A stretch of 64,000 nt of DNA from Eledone cirrhosa (taxonomy: Eukaryota): the NCBI GenBank assembly GCA_964016885.1, contig OZ024742.1, positions 110,236,001 through 110,300,000 of the forward strand, written 5' to 3'. Shown here piece after piece: positions 1 to 13,753 of this stretch. Every line of letters starts with the position of its first letter. Position 1 is the first letter of the stretch. The position numbers and the translations under genes are program-made. The notes under the pieces were generated by a model, which saw only the letters and a program-made list of their open reading frames with translations, made no database searches and was not told the DNA's origin.

Positions 1-228
1 AGAGGGCACTTGCCTTGGTGGTCAGGGTCACTGTGGCTTTTTACTGGGCTTTCTCCACAAATGTCCCTCCGAAGTCTCCCCCCTATTGGGGAATTTTTCA
101 TTGTTATTTTTTGTTACATCCTCTGTTTTTGTTTTTTACACGCAGAAATGCCCATTTGTACCGTCCTGCATTGTCCTGCACTGTCCTTAATGTCTACTTT
201 ATGTAAACCCTTGTGGTTAATAAAGAAA

Positions 229-230
<2 letters not shown>
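1..230 (+). mobile_element. 3' UTR of a Tx1-like (L1 clade) LINE, ending in an (ATT)n tail
   Basis: Shares CTATTGGGGAATTTTTCATTGTT and CCCTTGTGGTTAATAAAGAAATC(ATT)n with the 3' end of the full-length element at 54770-54912. Confidence 0.75.
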
Positions 231-272
<42 letters not shown>

Positions 273-2924
273 TGCATTTATCTTGCTTTATGTTTATACG
301 AGTTATCACCAAGTCACAACCAGTGACCTCAAGAGACAACAAGGTCCGCCATGTTCAAGAAAGAACACACATATTCACACATGCATCCTTAGTGTTTAGA
401 CTTGTGATGTACGTATATTGACAGGATCTTCCTTAGTATATGGGCAGTTCCCATTAGTACTATCTTTTGTATTTCTCCTATACGCGGGTTTCCTGGGATT
501 TGCGATAAGTAGTCGTTAGACCCCTTAGGTATCATTCCCAGAGCGCCTACAACCACTGGTATTGTTTTAGTTCTCAATTTCCACATTTTTCCAATTTCTA
601 TCTCCAGGTCCTTATACTTGCTCAATTTTTCAAATGTTTTTATAGATACATTCTTGTCTATTGGAACAGACATATCAATTAGCAGGCATACCCTCCTTTG
701 AAAGTCCTTCAATATTATATCAGGTCTATTTGCATCTATTTTTCGGTCTGTTTGGATGCTAAAGTTCCACAAGATTGAGATGTGATCTTTTTCAAGTATG
801 GGAGGTGGTTGATGCTCCCACCAATTCTTTTGATGGGGCAGGTCAAAATGCTTACACATTATCCAATGTATGTATTGTGCAGCTCTGTCATGCCTGTTTA
901 GGTATTCGGTTGGAGCTATAGGACTGCACATTGAAATTATATGGTCAATGGTCTCTGGTTGTTTTTTGCATACACGGCATAATGGGCTGCACCCATTTTT
1001 TATTATGTTGGCTTGGTAATTTTTTGTTGGCAGACACTGATCTTGTGCGGAGATAATCAGTCCTTCAGTCTCCGATTTCAGTCCAGAGGATGCCAACCAC
1101 TGATGGGTTAAAGTTTTGTCAACATCAGGATTGTTAGCTCGCTCTGGGTATTTTCCATACAGAGGCTTTTCTTGCCATTTCTTAGCCAGTTTCTGTAGCA
1201 GTTCTTTCTTTGCAGTTACTTTTACCTGCTTTGCTTTTTCTGTGTTTTCCATTTCAGCAGTAAATGGGACTTCTGAAATTTGTAGTCCATTACTGTATCT
1301 TTGTGCATCTTTTGTAATGGAATATGATCTTTTGGTGCTTTCGTGTTTCAAAACGAGTTTGATCATCCAATCATGTGATTCCCTTAGATAGGTGGATAAT
1401 CCAATTGTTGCAGTTTTCAACGCAATGTCTAACTGGATTAACCCACGTCCTCCTTCTTTTCTAGGGAGATATATTCTATCTATGTCTGCCTTAGGGTGAT
1501 GCATTCTGTGCATGGTTAAGAATTTTCGGATTTTTGTATCGAGCCTACGGATCTCTGTGCTTGACCAGTTGATGACATTGTAACTGTAGGTTACTACTGG
1601 TATGGCAAGCGTGTTTATGGCATCGATCCTATTCCTTGCATTCAATTCCGTTCTTAAGATTGCTCTGACTCTGCGGTAACATTCCTTCCTTATCCTTTCC
1701 CTCATTGTCGAGTGCTTGATTCCGTCTCCTTCACAAACACCTAGATATTTGTAAGTTTGTTCTTGATCAAGCTCTCTTATCACGTTCCCCCGATCAAGAT
1801 TAATGTCTGAACTCTTCAGCAGCTTTCCTCTGGTGAACGTTGCTTTGGCGCATTTATCCAGTCCAAACTCCATTTTAATGTCATCACTGAACTGCTTCAC
1901 AGTGGATAATAGCCCTTGCAATTGTTCATCATTTTTTGCGAATAGTTTCAGGTCATCCATGTAGAACAGGTGATTAATGGTTTTGTCATAGACTCTATAT
2001 CCATGTTTTGTTTCATTGAGCATTTTACTTAATGGTATAAGTGCGATGCAGAATAAAAGCGGTGATAAAGAGTCACCCTGAAAAATTCCACAATTAATGT
2101 TAACTTCTCCAGCTTCCAGTGATTTTGTTTCACTATTCAAAAGGAGTGTCGTTCTCCATGTCCTCATACTGAATGACAAAAACCTCCTGACAACGGGGGA
2201 TATTTTGAAAATCTCTAAACATTTTTCAATCCAACTGTGTGGCAAACTATCAAATGCTTTTTTATAATCTATCCAAGCAATCGATAGATTTTTGTGTCTA
2301 TTATGACAATCTTCCAGTATCATTTTGTTAACCAGAAGCTGATCCTTACAGCCATATGAGCCTCGTTTACACCCTTTCTGCTCAATGGGAAATAGGTCAT
2401 TTGTTATCAGGTGGTCATATGTGTATTCAGTTAGGACTGATGTTAAAATTTTATACATTGTGGTCAAGCAGGTTATCGGTCTGTAATTTTTGGGATTGTT
2501 TGTCTCATCATTCTTCGGTAGCAGGAATGTAATGCCGTTAACTAGCCATGATGGTATCTTTTCTGGCTCCTTAACTATTTCATTGTAAAGTTGGGCCAAC
2601 AGCTCATGAGACTCTGTGAAGGCATTTATCCAAAAGTTTTGTATTTTGTCTTTTCCTGGGGATTTCCATTTGCTGGTTTTTCTTAGAGCCAAGCGCAGCT
2701 GTTCAACTGTTATATTTTCCCATGTTTGTTCTTCAAGGTGAGCTGTTTCTTTCATTTGTCTGTCTATCCATGGGGCATGTATGTTATGAACTTTTTCTTC
2801 GGCCCAGATCTTTTCCCAGAATTCTTGCACTTCCTCCTTGGGTGGTATTGATTTAGCAGTTATTGTTGACTTACCAATTTTTCTGTAGAAGTTTCTTTGG
2901 TTGTTTTTGAACATATTATTGTCC

Positions 2925-2926
<2 letters not shown>
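273..2926 (-). mobile_element. 5'-truncated Dong/R4-clade non-LTR retrotransposon inserted in (TAA)n
   Basis: Flanked by (ATT)n at 231-272 and 2927-2972. Contains an RT + RLE ORF and a ~115 nt 3' UTR. Confidence 0.9.
389..2926 (-). CDS. Reverse transcriptase + CCHC zinc knuckle + restriction-like endonuclease (R4/Dong); N-terminus missing
   Basis: Motifs NYRPITCL, GIFQGDSLSP, FYMDDLKL, CRVC..HIISMC, RHD, RPDI..IDMSVP..KLSKYKDL. No stops over ~845 codons. The poly-Ile N-terminus in the ORF track is microsatellite read-through. Confidence 0.92.
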
Positions 2927-2972
<46 letters not shown>

Positions 2973-3429
2973 GCCACATGCTGTTTACAAACGTACGACA
3001 CTTCATCTGCCAAAAGCTTATTGTTTTCCATCTGTGTGTAACACTTGTATTGTTGAAATTTTGTTCAATAATTTTCAATAAGTTGCAACACTATTTTTTG
3101 AGTGGGGCAACTTCAAATTTCCACCGCATTAGTATTTTCAAAAACAACATGGCGACGGGCTTTCATTATAGCTAAGTCTTGCACAAAAGTGATTTCCACC
3201 CTCTACCATATGTAAAGCAAAACATCTCCATCGCCACCTAAATCAAAATAGTCCACAGTAGCGCTAAAAACGTCACACAACGACATCATCAGCAACCCCA
3301 CCTCTTTATGTATTAGTTTTAGAGACTTTTCTGCAGAGAGAATGGAAATCTTGAGAGCAATTCCACTTGAATATGATCACAGGAAAACCGTGTCTGAGTA
3401 CACAGATTAAGTCAAAAAGAAAATGGTCT

Positions 3430-4180
3430 CTTACACTTCAGACATAGAGGCGGTCGGCACTAGAAGAATATCAGCAGGTTACGGGGACATGCATTAACCC
3501 GGATAAGTCGGTGGGCTTGCGACTCAGCATGTAAAAAGATAGACCTATGCCGGCCAACAGAAATTTCTGCCGCTGAACCAACGGCCCAGTTAAAGTGTTT
3601 GGAGAGAGGCTTGAACCAGTCCTCCAGGCAGACAAGAGATGGGAGTAGGTCATGAACTACGTAGCCATTCTTCAAAGGTCGGGTGGATGTGGTCAATACC
3701 TACATCACTTGGGTGATATACTAACGCCTAACAATCGTAAAATGACTCCACGACGATCGAAAAAACAAAACAAATATAAAACATCTAACCAAATTGGAAC
3801 ATATATTCTACTTTTAAAGTCCCGCTGGTCAAAAACCCCGTATGCTATCACCTTCTGCTCCATGAGAGCAACGAAATTGATGAAGTTCAATGGGCTTAAT
3901 CTGACGGTGCTTTTCTAATGACGAAAATAAATTGAGAGGGGCACCTTCAATGCTTTTGGCGATACATAGTAATCGATTTTTGTGAAGTTTTTTCACTCCA
4001 AATTTCTCTAGATGCCCCCCCCCCTCCCCCCATAAGGAATTCACAATACGATTGCATTTATAATTTTTGTTGATTTCGAATCTTTTTACTTAATGTAAAC
4101 TCAAATCTGTGTTATAATTCGTTTTTATATTGTTCCCAACGTCTTGGATACTTTTGGCCAATTGAAGAAATCATTATTAT
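3430..4180 (+). mobile_element. Degraded, internally deleted Tx1-like LINE (ORF2 remnant + 3' UTR)
   Basis: 3460-3670 aligns by eye to 53360-53560 (LEEY..TG..INP.KSVGL, GPVKVFG) and contains stops. Ends GGCCAATTGAAGAAATC(ATT). Confidence 0.75.
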
Positions 4181-6479
4181 TGAAGTAACACTGATCGTAC
4201 ACATTGTCACTCCTTCAGTTTATATGTTCTTTTTTCGATTTTCTCCGACAGAATTTTGAAATTTTATTAAGTTTGTTCACAACTTTCTAAGTAAAAAGTG
4301 GTTTAAAAACACTTCATGTCTTCTCTAATTAGAGAAAACATAGCTAGTTCCCGCCGTTGTCTGCTGTCAACAAGCAGTCAAATGTCAACAACAGCGCTGA
4401 CGTTTATGTGAAAAGAGTTGTAGGATGTAGTCAAGACAGGGCAGCAATCTCTTTGAAGCTGACTCTCGACTCTCGAAAATCTTACCAGTAAAGCGGAAAA
4501 TGTGATTGGGTCAGAATATGTTTCAGAGACATTTTGGAACAACATTATCAACGGCAACATCAATACCTCTATCACCATCATCTCTATCAATTCCTCAAGT
4601 GGCAACAGTGGCAGCAATTACACAGGATAAGTCACCTTAATATGCAAGTAGAGACTGTTATATCAACCGACAACAGAATCATAAATAACAGCAACATCAA
4701 TGTGATACAGGGCAAGAAGAAACTATCCCCAGTATTACCACAATTACAACAGTCACAACTGACATCACAGCTACTATATGCAGCAACATTGCCTTCACCA
4801 TTACCTCCGTCGACAAAGGCAATAATGTTAGTACTAAAGTCATCTCCAACACAAACGTTGGTAGAACATTCGCTTCCTTTTGGGGCATAATTCAGTCGAA
4901 GACATACACACGGCTACCAGAAATAGAACGAGAAATCATCCGAAGAAAGACTTTATGCTATAGCTATATCAACAGAAATAACAAGGTTGACAACACTAAT
5001 CCTGCCCAGGTTAAGAAAAGTATAAGGGATGTGTGAGTTTCGATTTAACACGTGAAGAGAGGAAGGCAATGTCGGAGGGTTGTACCACTATGCTTCAATT
5101 AATTACTTGCAATAATAATTGTTTTACAATGTGCTCCCCACTAGAAGTATTTATTGTTTACCTTCTATAATAGGGGATGAGTATCTAGAGCGACATTCAA
5201 CAACGTACTGGAGTAGATTTAATCTACGATTCCTTCACTCAAATTTCTCGCCTTGCTAAAAATAATTAAGGCGGTATATTGATATAATCACTTAGGTGTA
5301 GGAAAAAGTACTTAGCGGTTATTTCCTTCGGCTCAAATCACACCGAAGTAGCTAAAATAAAGTAACAGTAACGCACAAGAGTGGATATAACATTTAGGCA
5401 GTTGTGTTCAATTTAGAAATTCTTGGATTGACAGAATCGTTAGAATGTCAAACAAACTGCTTTGCGGAATTTAGTTACTTTCCGAGTTCAAATTTCACCG
5501 AAGTCAGCTTCGTTTTTCACATACGTCACACGTGTATCGCTTCGACTATTGTAAATTTCTTGTTTTCATTGTTTAAAGCACACAATTTGTCTGTTATTTT
5601 CTTCTTAATATAGCACTCTACTTCACACTGCAAAGAGGATAACTCCTATTTTGCACCGTATGGGGAAAAAATCTTAAAAGAACATATTGGATTCTTGGTT
5701 GAGGAAAGATCCAACAATATGGCGTCAAAACCTCCTTGTCCGAGAAATGATATAAGACACCATGATATAAGACAGCAACAACAACAATAGTAACAAAACA
5801 CGTGAAGGCATAACAGAAAGTTAAGTTTCGCTCTCTGCTTTGGTAACAACTAACCAGACACCGTCACCACTACCACCACAACAATAAAAGCTTACGCTAG
5901 CAACAACAACAACAACATTATTAGCAGTGGCGACAAAAACAACAACAGTATTTGTATTTTAAAACCAAAAGTCAACACATTTTTGTTGAGTAATAGTCAG
6001 AACAATACCATTGCTACTGTCAGCTCTACAACAACAAAACATCATTGAAAAAAAAAATAATAGCAGCAACTGAAATAACAACAACAACACCAATAGAAAC
6101 AATACGAACAGCAGTAGCAGCAGCAGCAACAACAACAACAACAATAATGGCAACACTAATGGTAAACAACAACATCACCACCAACACCGTTACACACTAC
6201 CACTATTACTTACGGCAAAAAGAAAGGAAACATCGACATGAACTTAAAACAAAACAATGACAACGCTAATCACCACCACCACCACCGCCAACACCGCTGC
6301 CGCTACCACTAACCCCATCATCACCACCAAAGCAAAAAAATCATGCTAACACCAAACATTGTGTTAGTGAGAAAGACAAAGAACTGATGTTCCTCATAGC
6401 ACAAATTTGAAACCAACAAGTTGTCACAAAGTTTAAAAATGATGAAACCGAGCGTATCAACTTACAAAACAATGAGATA

Positions 6480-6775
6480 GAACATTTCATACGACATTAG
6501 ATACATAAACCCAAAGGCCATCAGTCGGTTCTAAAAGAGTTTCTTGAAGAAACCGCAAACAGACTTGGAGATCGAATCACCCGATCCCCACCAGTACCAA
6601 GAGGGTAAGTAGACCCCACTACATTTTTCTCCTCTCTCTTTCCTGCAAACATGGCAGCTCTAAAAGTAGGAAGCTTAAATACACATGGCTTGGGCTCAAC
6701 ACAAATGCAAGGTTACTTTCTCAACAACCTCAGGTCACTAGTTATAGATGTGGCAACTGTTACCGATACCAGATA
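6480..6775 (+). mobile_element. Tx1-like ORF1/ORF2 junction fragment
   Basis: Homologous to 51100-51360: GGTAAGTAG..ATGGCAGCTCTAAAAGTAGGAAGCTTAAAT..AACCTCAGGTCACTAG. Confidence 0.75.
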
Positions 6776-6799
6776 GAAGTGAGAAAGACATGATAGAGG

Positions 6800-6955
6800 A
6801 AGAATAAACCCCAGTACTGGACTAATAGTTATTTATTGTCCTCGAAAGAATGAAAGGTAAAGTTGACCTCGGCGATATTTGAACTTAGAGAGCCGGAACA
6901 AACGTTGCAGAACATTCTATTCCAGTTGTAACGACTGCCAATTTGCTGTCCATAA
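6800..6955 (-). mobile_element. Old tRNA-derived SINE
   Basis: GAATGAAAGGTAAAGTTGACCTCGGCGATATTTGAACT core matches the young SINE family. Confidence 0.65.
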
Positions 6956-7184
6956 TTGTTTTAATTAAAATCTAACTCGGAATAATTTCATATCTTTTCA
7001 TTTAGCTGCTGCAAAGTATTATAACTATTTGGAATGGCGATGTCGATAATTAGTATGCTGTTGTCATTTTCATCACGGTGAATGATGTTAGACAATTTAT
7101 GTACATTCTATTGGACTTAGTCTATACTAAAGTACCATGGTATTTTCGCATTATCATTTTCTAAGACAAGCCATGGTTTATATA

Positions 7185-7392
7185 GACACATTTTACAGGC
7201 AAAGCCAATCAGCGAGAGATCCAGAGGTAGACCACGAGCAAAAGGATTGGATAACAACCATGACCTTGGTTAGTTTCGTTTGGAGATCCAGCTGGATAAT
7301 TTTGAGTCGGCTGTTTCTGACAGGTCTCTCTGGAAGGTGTATCTGAGGACTCTGCCCCGATGACACCTCCAGACAGAAGAGAAGAAGAAGAA
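7185..7392 (+). mobile_element. RTE-clade LINE 3' end with (AAG)n tail
   Basis: Translates to ..RSRGRPRAKGLDN.., typical of an RTE C-terminus, followed by a short-repeat tail. Confidence 0.55.
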
Positions 7393-7439
7393 GGATGATG
7401 ATGATGATGATGATGATGATAATGATGATGATAATAATG

Positions 7440-7625
7440 ATTTCTAGTACAGGCACAAGGCCAGTAATTTTTTTTTGGGGGGGAGGAGTTGATTAAATCG
7501 ACTCCAGTACGTTACTGGTGCTTTATTTCATCGACCCCGTAAGCTAACTTCGGCACGATTTGAACTCAGAACACAAAGGGTCGCAACTCTATACCGTAAA
7601 GCATTTTGTTCGACGATCTACTAAT
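7440..7625 (-). mobile_element. tRNA-derived SINE
   Basis: TTTCATCGACCCC..TTTGAACTCAGAAC core. Confidence 0.65.
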
Positions 7626-7654
7626 ACAGCTAAATAACAATAATAATAAGCCTT

Positions 7655-8020
7655 GAGTGAAGTAAATATCAAGTCTTTTTCTTGAAACAGTAAAATGTGG
7701 TGGCTAGGCACATTATTGTGTTCCCAAGTACATTTTGTTGGCGCTAATGTGGGATATTCTGATACAATGTAGTGTATTGTTTCTACTACAAAGGTGATAT
7801 TTGTCATTTATACTGTAGGAGTTGTGAATATTCCTTTTAATATACCTAGAGCTGGTGGCTTGTTGCTCTATCTCGAATATTGTTGCCTCTGTTGCATATT
7901 CAGTCAGGATTTGGGTATCCAGGTCAAGGATAGTCTTTTAACTTAAACATACATGCAGTTTGTGAAAGTGTCTTTAGCATGTGAGTATAATGTGTAGTTT
8001 CCTGGGTTTAAACATCAAAA
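7655..8020 (-). mobile_element. Degraded Dong/R4 fragment
   Basis: ETIHYIVSEYPTLAPT resembles ETIDHIISMCSPIAPT of the 389-2926 ORF. Confidence 0.55.
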
Positions 8021-9497
8021 TCCAAGCAACAACAATAGCAACAACAACAAAAATCAACACAACAGAAAACAGAAAACAACAACATCCTAATCTTGGATGC
8101 TGGACTTAAATGACCCCTGAGAACATTTAGCAGTCTCCAGTCAGTTGCAAACATTCGGAGTAAGTCTCTGATTGGATTCTACTACCAACTTTCTCGCACC
8201 AAACTGCGGGGCCCAGAAAAGAGTCTTTGACTAAACAGTAAAAAAATACATTATTTTAAAGTATACCTAATATTTCTCTTTAAAGTTACCTTGCAATTAA
8301 AACTAATCTCTTCTTTTGTTCTACGGTCAATACAATGCTAATTCTTTGTGTTAACCCTCTGTAGTGAAATCCGAATCCTTTCTATTTCTCTTCAGTTAAT
8401 GCGATGTTAATATCCCGGTATTTCAATGTAGGCGAACTAAATTCTTTCTGATATCATATAATTATTATTATATTAATTAAATCTTTCGATTTTAAAAAAA
8501 TGTTGCTTCGTAATGTATTTATGTTGGATATAATCCATCTCAGTAGCTATAAAGCTGGTAAATACTGTGTCAGTTCTTCCACTGTGATATATCACTCGTT
8601 CGATAGCTCGTAAGTTGGCAAAACCGTTCAGATAATGACACCTTACTAACTACATCTTAATTAGTATACACTGCAGAACTAATTAGCAGAAATATATTTA
8701 ATGCAGCATGTCAATTTCTTCTCCAATCACACCTTTATCATCCTCATCATCCCCCGTCATTCATGATCAACATAAACCACCCCCATCCCCGTCCTTATCC
8801 TCTTCTTCCGACACATCATCAGCAATAACATACTCGCCATCATTATCATCGTCACCGTCGTTATTTTTGTCGTCATCATCGTTTCCCCCATCCACCCCCT
8901 TCTCCTCCTCCACCACCACCATAATCATTATGATGATGATCATCAAGATCATCATCCCAACTACAATGACGTCGACACCCCCCCCCCCCCATACCATCAA
9001 AAGCGCCATCTACCACCATCATGATCGTCATCACCACTACCGTAGCCACTGCTATCAGTAAATTTATTGATTTCTGAAATGTATCTCATTAAGTAACGTT
9101 TCTGGTAATAGTATGGAGCGAAATAGCTGACCACTTCATTAAAACTAACTCTGAAGGGAACACGAATTGACTTTCACATACACAATCACACGCACACTAT
9201 CACACTCACACGCATCAACCACACTCACACAATGACACACATACACATTCATACACACACACATACACATTCACACACACACATACACGCACTCACACGA
9301 ACGCACGCTACACGTGCACACAACAAACGTATACATCTCACATATCTCATATAACACATACGGTTGCATATATGAGATTCTAAACACTTCTAACACAACG
9401 ATTTATTAATCATTTTGTTATTATACACACACACGCACGCACGTACGTATGCATGTCCCCCCCCCAGATACACACACGCGCACACACACACACATAT

Positions 9498-9541
<44 letters not shown>

Positions 9542-10020
9542 TCCTTGTTGAAATAGTTAATCTGAGTGGGAGTTATTTGTTACACTTAGCACTCAACGTA
9601 ATTCCTACTAATTGATAGTGGTAAGAAACATTTTATAGTAAATCATTCACATATATTTCCTCCCCCAAGAGGGAACGTAATTTCCATTACCTTTTAAAGA
9701 CAGTTAATATTTCTTGTCGATAAATAAACTGACAGCTTCGTTTCGGTTTTTATATCAACAGCCCACGATTTTAACAACACTTTCATAATGTATGTCTAAC
9801 AACGTATGTTCATAATGTATGTTCCAACAACGTCTGCTGTGCTGAATAATCTGGTTTTCTACGAAGAAACTGGTGGTAGATATTTCATATTTTTTAAAAG
9901 TTGTACCCCATTTTCTCATCATACAGAGAGATGGGGAGAGCGAAAGAGGTGGAGGCGATGACAGTGGGATTTCAGCTCTTCCACGTTCGGATCATATCCT
10001 TGTGGTTGTGCTCATTATCT

Positions 10021-10205
10021 TGGATTGGCAGTATCGGTAGAGGGTCGGACGCCATGCTTTGACGCATAGAGTTACGGCCCTTGCCATTCTGAGTTCAAAT
10101 CCCGCCGAGGTTAACTTTGCCTTTCATCCTTATGGGGTCGATAAAATAAAGTACCAGTAATACACTGGGTAATTGCTGGCCTTGTGCCAAAAGTAGAAAC
10201 AATTA
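10021..10205 (+). mobile_element. Young tRNA-derived SINE (~185 bp)
   Basis: A-box-like TGGCAGTATCGG, B-box GAGTTCAAATCC, tail GTAGAAACAATTAT. Near-identical copies at 27561, 27801, 36839 and 47900-48700. Confidence 0.85.
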
Positions 10206-10768
10206 TCTATATAACAAACCACTATACATCCCACCTCCTAGCATTCACATTATGCCACTCCTTACGCTCATTCTTACATTGCCAAACCTTACGCTAAATA
10301 CTTATCGTTCTTGAAAGAGAATTTAAAAGATCAAGTTATTGTCCTTGGTGATTTAGTGGAAAATTACAATTTTATTGTGAAGTCGATTCTTCCTATTTGT
10401 TTAATTCACAGAGCTACAGGTAGATATAACATCAACTACTATTTGTGTCATGGAGCATTCTTAGTGAATAGATGTTTTGTAAATATTATAAAAATCAAGT
10501 AAATGCTAAGTAGGAGAATAGCATGGAATCACGAAAACTGCTTATGTCATTAACTAATATTACATTATGTTTAATGTAAAATTCAAAGTTGATGTTTGTA
10601 TGTGTGTTTTCGAAAGATAGTTGAATGTTAATTGTACTAATGGTTAGAAGTTATATAACATTGGTCAGAAAATGAGAAATTGAATAAGAATATGTATTAC
10701 ATTTAAAAGTGGTAAGTGAGACAATAGCTTTGTAAAGAGGATTTATGTCGGTTATCTGATATAATATG

Positions 10769-10906
10769 TGGGACTATAACGTGAGATATGCCGTAGATTT
10801 TAGTATAAATTCTATTTATTATTTCTTGTTGATATATGGGACTATAACGTGAGATATGCCGTAGATTTTAGTATAAATTCTATTTATTATTTCTTGTTGA
10901 TATATG
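10769..10906. repeat. 68-bp tandem duplication
   Basis: GGGACTATAACGTGAG...CTTGTTGATATATG present twice (10770 and 10838). Confidence 0.9.
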
Positions 10907-11774
10907 TTTCCACTTCGTATAGTTTTGTCAGTTCCTGATCAATGTGTATACCAACCACTCAAACTGTGCTGGTAAACGCGTAACTATTTTTAATTCAACA
11001 GCGAATAACTAGGTAAATTGTCATCAAAACAGAGTCGTTCATACTTAGTTATGATACAAAATTTCGGAGCCTTGGGTCCCCAGGTGGCTGTCTCTGCAGG
11101 TCAAGCCACCTAGAGTTAAGTTCTTTTACCACGCCAAGGTAGAGCCTATTAAGCGAGTGTTAAGGATTAGTTTTGGCAGTGTATCGTGTATTTAGTTTTG
11201 TTGAAACATAGGTCTTCACAAGTGAGGTCTAATTTAACCGTCACCGCTAGATTTCAGATTGTTCAGAGAGACATAACACTGACTGGCGTATTAATTGAAA
11301 AAAAACTAACGAGAAAAATGCCTGGTCCTCATTGTTCTATGAACTATTAATAGTTAAAATGTTTGTTAGTATACTTGCTGTAGTAAGCCGAAACATTTTA
11401 ATAAATTAGCAAGATAACCGTAGCAAAGAAAAGAAACTATTTCATGAAAGAATCCTTTTCGACGTAATATGTAAGTGTACAAAGAAATTTAATTAAATAA
11501 ATCAATTAAATGTGGAATCCTTTTTTTTTTAGTTAGTTTGCTACTTAAATGTTTGTTATAGAACATTCAATATATCTCTCATCAACTAAGATCTTGCAGC
11601 AGCGGTAAGACCATGTTTTTCTAATGAGGTCTTACCACACAGAAACATGTCAGGTGTTATCAATACGCTGCTCATTCTTCGGTGCATTCCATATTTAAGA
11701 AATTGTAATTAATTAAAATTTCTTGGCTCGCTAAAACAAGCCGCTAAAATAAGCATGTTAGCGCGCACGTTAAT

Positions 11775-11823
<49 letters not shown>

Positions 11824-11827
<4 letters not shown>

Positions 11828-11975
11828 ATATAGAAATGGCTTCTACAGGACTAGAACCGTTTCATTCGGAGGAAACAGTTCTAGTCCTGTAGAAGCCATT
11901 TCTATATTGAATTACTTTTACTCTGCTATGTACCTTACTTACTGTGGTTATCCTCGATTTAACTCGGAATCTACA
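11824..11975 (+). mobile_element. Family A Penelope-like short element with inverted 5' arm
   Basis: 37-bp inverted repeat (11827-11863 / 11872-11908). Contains the hammerhead 3' half GAAACAG-ttctagtc-CTGTA. TA-flanked; homologous to 12890-13047 and 62951-63140. Confidence 0.7.
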
Positions 11976-11980
11976 TATAT

Positions 11981-12015
<35 letters not shown>

Positions 12016-12166
12016 CACACGCACACACACACACATATATATATAGGACGGCTTGCAATGTGAGTAAATGGTATTTTCATCATTCTATTACCTTTGTATT
12101 TCTTTGCAATTTTTTTGCTGCTGTAACATGGCCACAGTCTAATGAAAACCCTCAAATGAAAGACAT

Positions 12167-12245
<79 letters not shown>

Positions 12246-12889
12246 GAATGTGTATATATATATACACACACATACACAAACACACACATACACACAATAC
12301 CACGTACACACAATACCACGTACACACACTCTACCTTCCCTAGTAATTTGCTCACCATCTAACCAGCCGGTGAACAAAAAACAAGCAAATAAGCAATATA
12401 CAATAAAGTGAATCCTAATAACATTATCTTCAATTTGTAAGTGTGTGTGTGAATGGGTGCCTGCGAGTTTGAGTATACGCGATTTATTTACGGGGACATA
12501 ATTTCAATATTTTAGTTTATCAACACGAATTGCTGCTTGTCACATTTCAAGTAGCTTGGAAGTAGAATATTAACAAGCCAAAACTTCACTATAGTATCTC
12601 ACCAAACCCACTCTGCGCACCCACATAATCTACCTCCCATCTGGTGCTTATCGTTCGCTAGAATTACCTTAATCAACGTCACAATCACTGATATATACCA
12701 TCAACCCTTCCTAGCCATAATCTGCTGTCTTATAGAATTTAAATAACACCCTACCAACCAACCTGGTTACAACCAGCTCTAACGGTTAATTCTGTCCTTA
12801 GCTGTTGTCTTCTGAATTCTCATTACATACACACAAACACACACCCGTCCACACACACACACACACATATATATATATAAACATACGTA

Positions 12890-13047
12890 CGTTATTCCGG
12901 GTTGAATCGGAGGTAACCACAGTAAGTAAGGTACTCAATACATTGCAGAGTATAAAAGTTTTAATATAGATGAGATTCTACAGGACTAGAACTGATGATT
13001 TCTAAAGAATGAAACAGTTCTAGTCCTGTAGAATCTCATCTATATAA
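12890..13047. mobile_element. Family A element, fold-back; hammerhead core at 12992-13033 (+)
   Basis: CTGATGA-tttctaaagaat-GAAACAG-ttctagtc-CTGTA. The 5' strand of stem I is replaced by the inversion junction. Confidence 0.7.
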
Positions 13048-13408
13048 ACATATATATATATATATATATATATGTACATAGATGTGGATGTGTTTTTATA
13101 TATGTATATCTATGTTATCTATGTATCTATGTATATATGTGTGTATGCATGCATATATGTACACACTCACACACACACACACATATATATTTATATATAT
13201 ATATATGTGTGTATGAGTGTATGCGTTTCTATATATATAGCTATGTATATCTATGCTATCTATGTATATATATGTGCGTGTGTATGCATGCATATATATA
13301 CAAACACACACACAAACACACAAACACATAAACACACACACACACACAAAAACACACATGTATATATATATATATATATATATATTTTTCACTTTTCACT
13401 TTCCCACG

Positions 13409-13449
<41 letters not shown>

Positions 13450-13753
13450 ATGTGTGTGTGTGTGTATAAACAGAAATTCAGCTTGAGATTGATAAAGTAA
13501 TTAGGAGTAAAATATTTTGTAAAATTTGTTCAAGTACTTGAAAAGTATTGTGAAGATGAGTGTAGTGGGAAGAGGTGGGGGTTTAATTGTGCGACTTTGA
13601 TTGCATGCTTGTTGTTGTTCTTTTAATGAATGCATTCAGTCACCAACATTCAGGCACATATATCCATATACACAGTACTTTCCATGTATGTATGCATGTA
13701 TGTATGTATGTATGTATGTATGTATGTATGTATGTATGTATGTATGTATGTAT

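Noticed and set aside
4378-5080. Possible host exon or LTR gag remnant (REIIRRKTLCYSY)
   Set aside because: Only a vague resemblance; no continuous frame or motif set.
11615-11660. CTAATGA..GAAACATGTC hammerhead-like string; similar strings at 34110-34146, 38670-38700 and ~30600
   Set aside because: Core or stem II is broken. Probably decayed relics, so not called as ribozymes.
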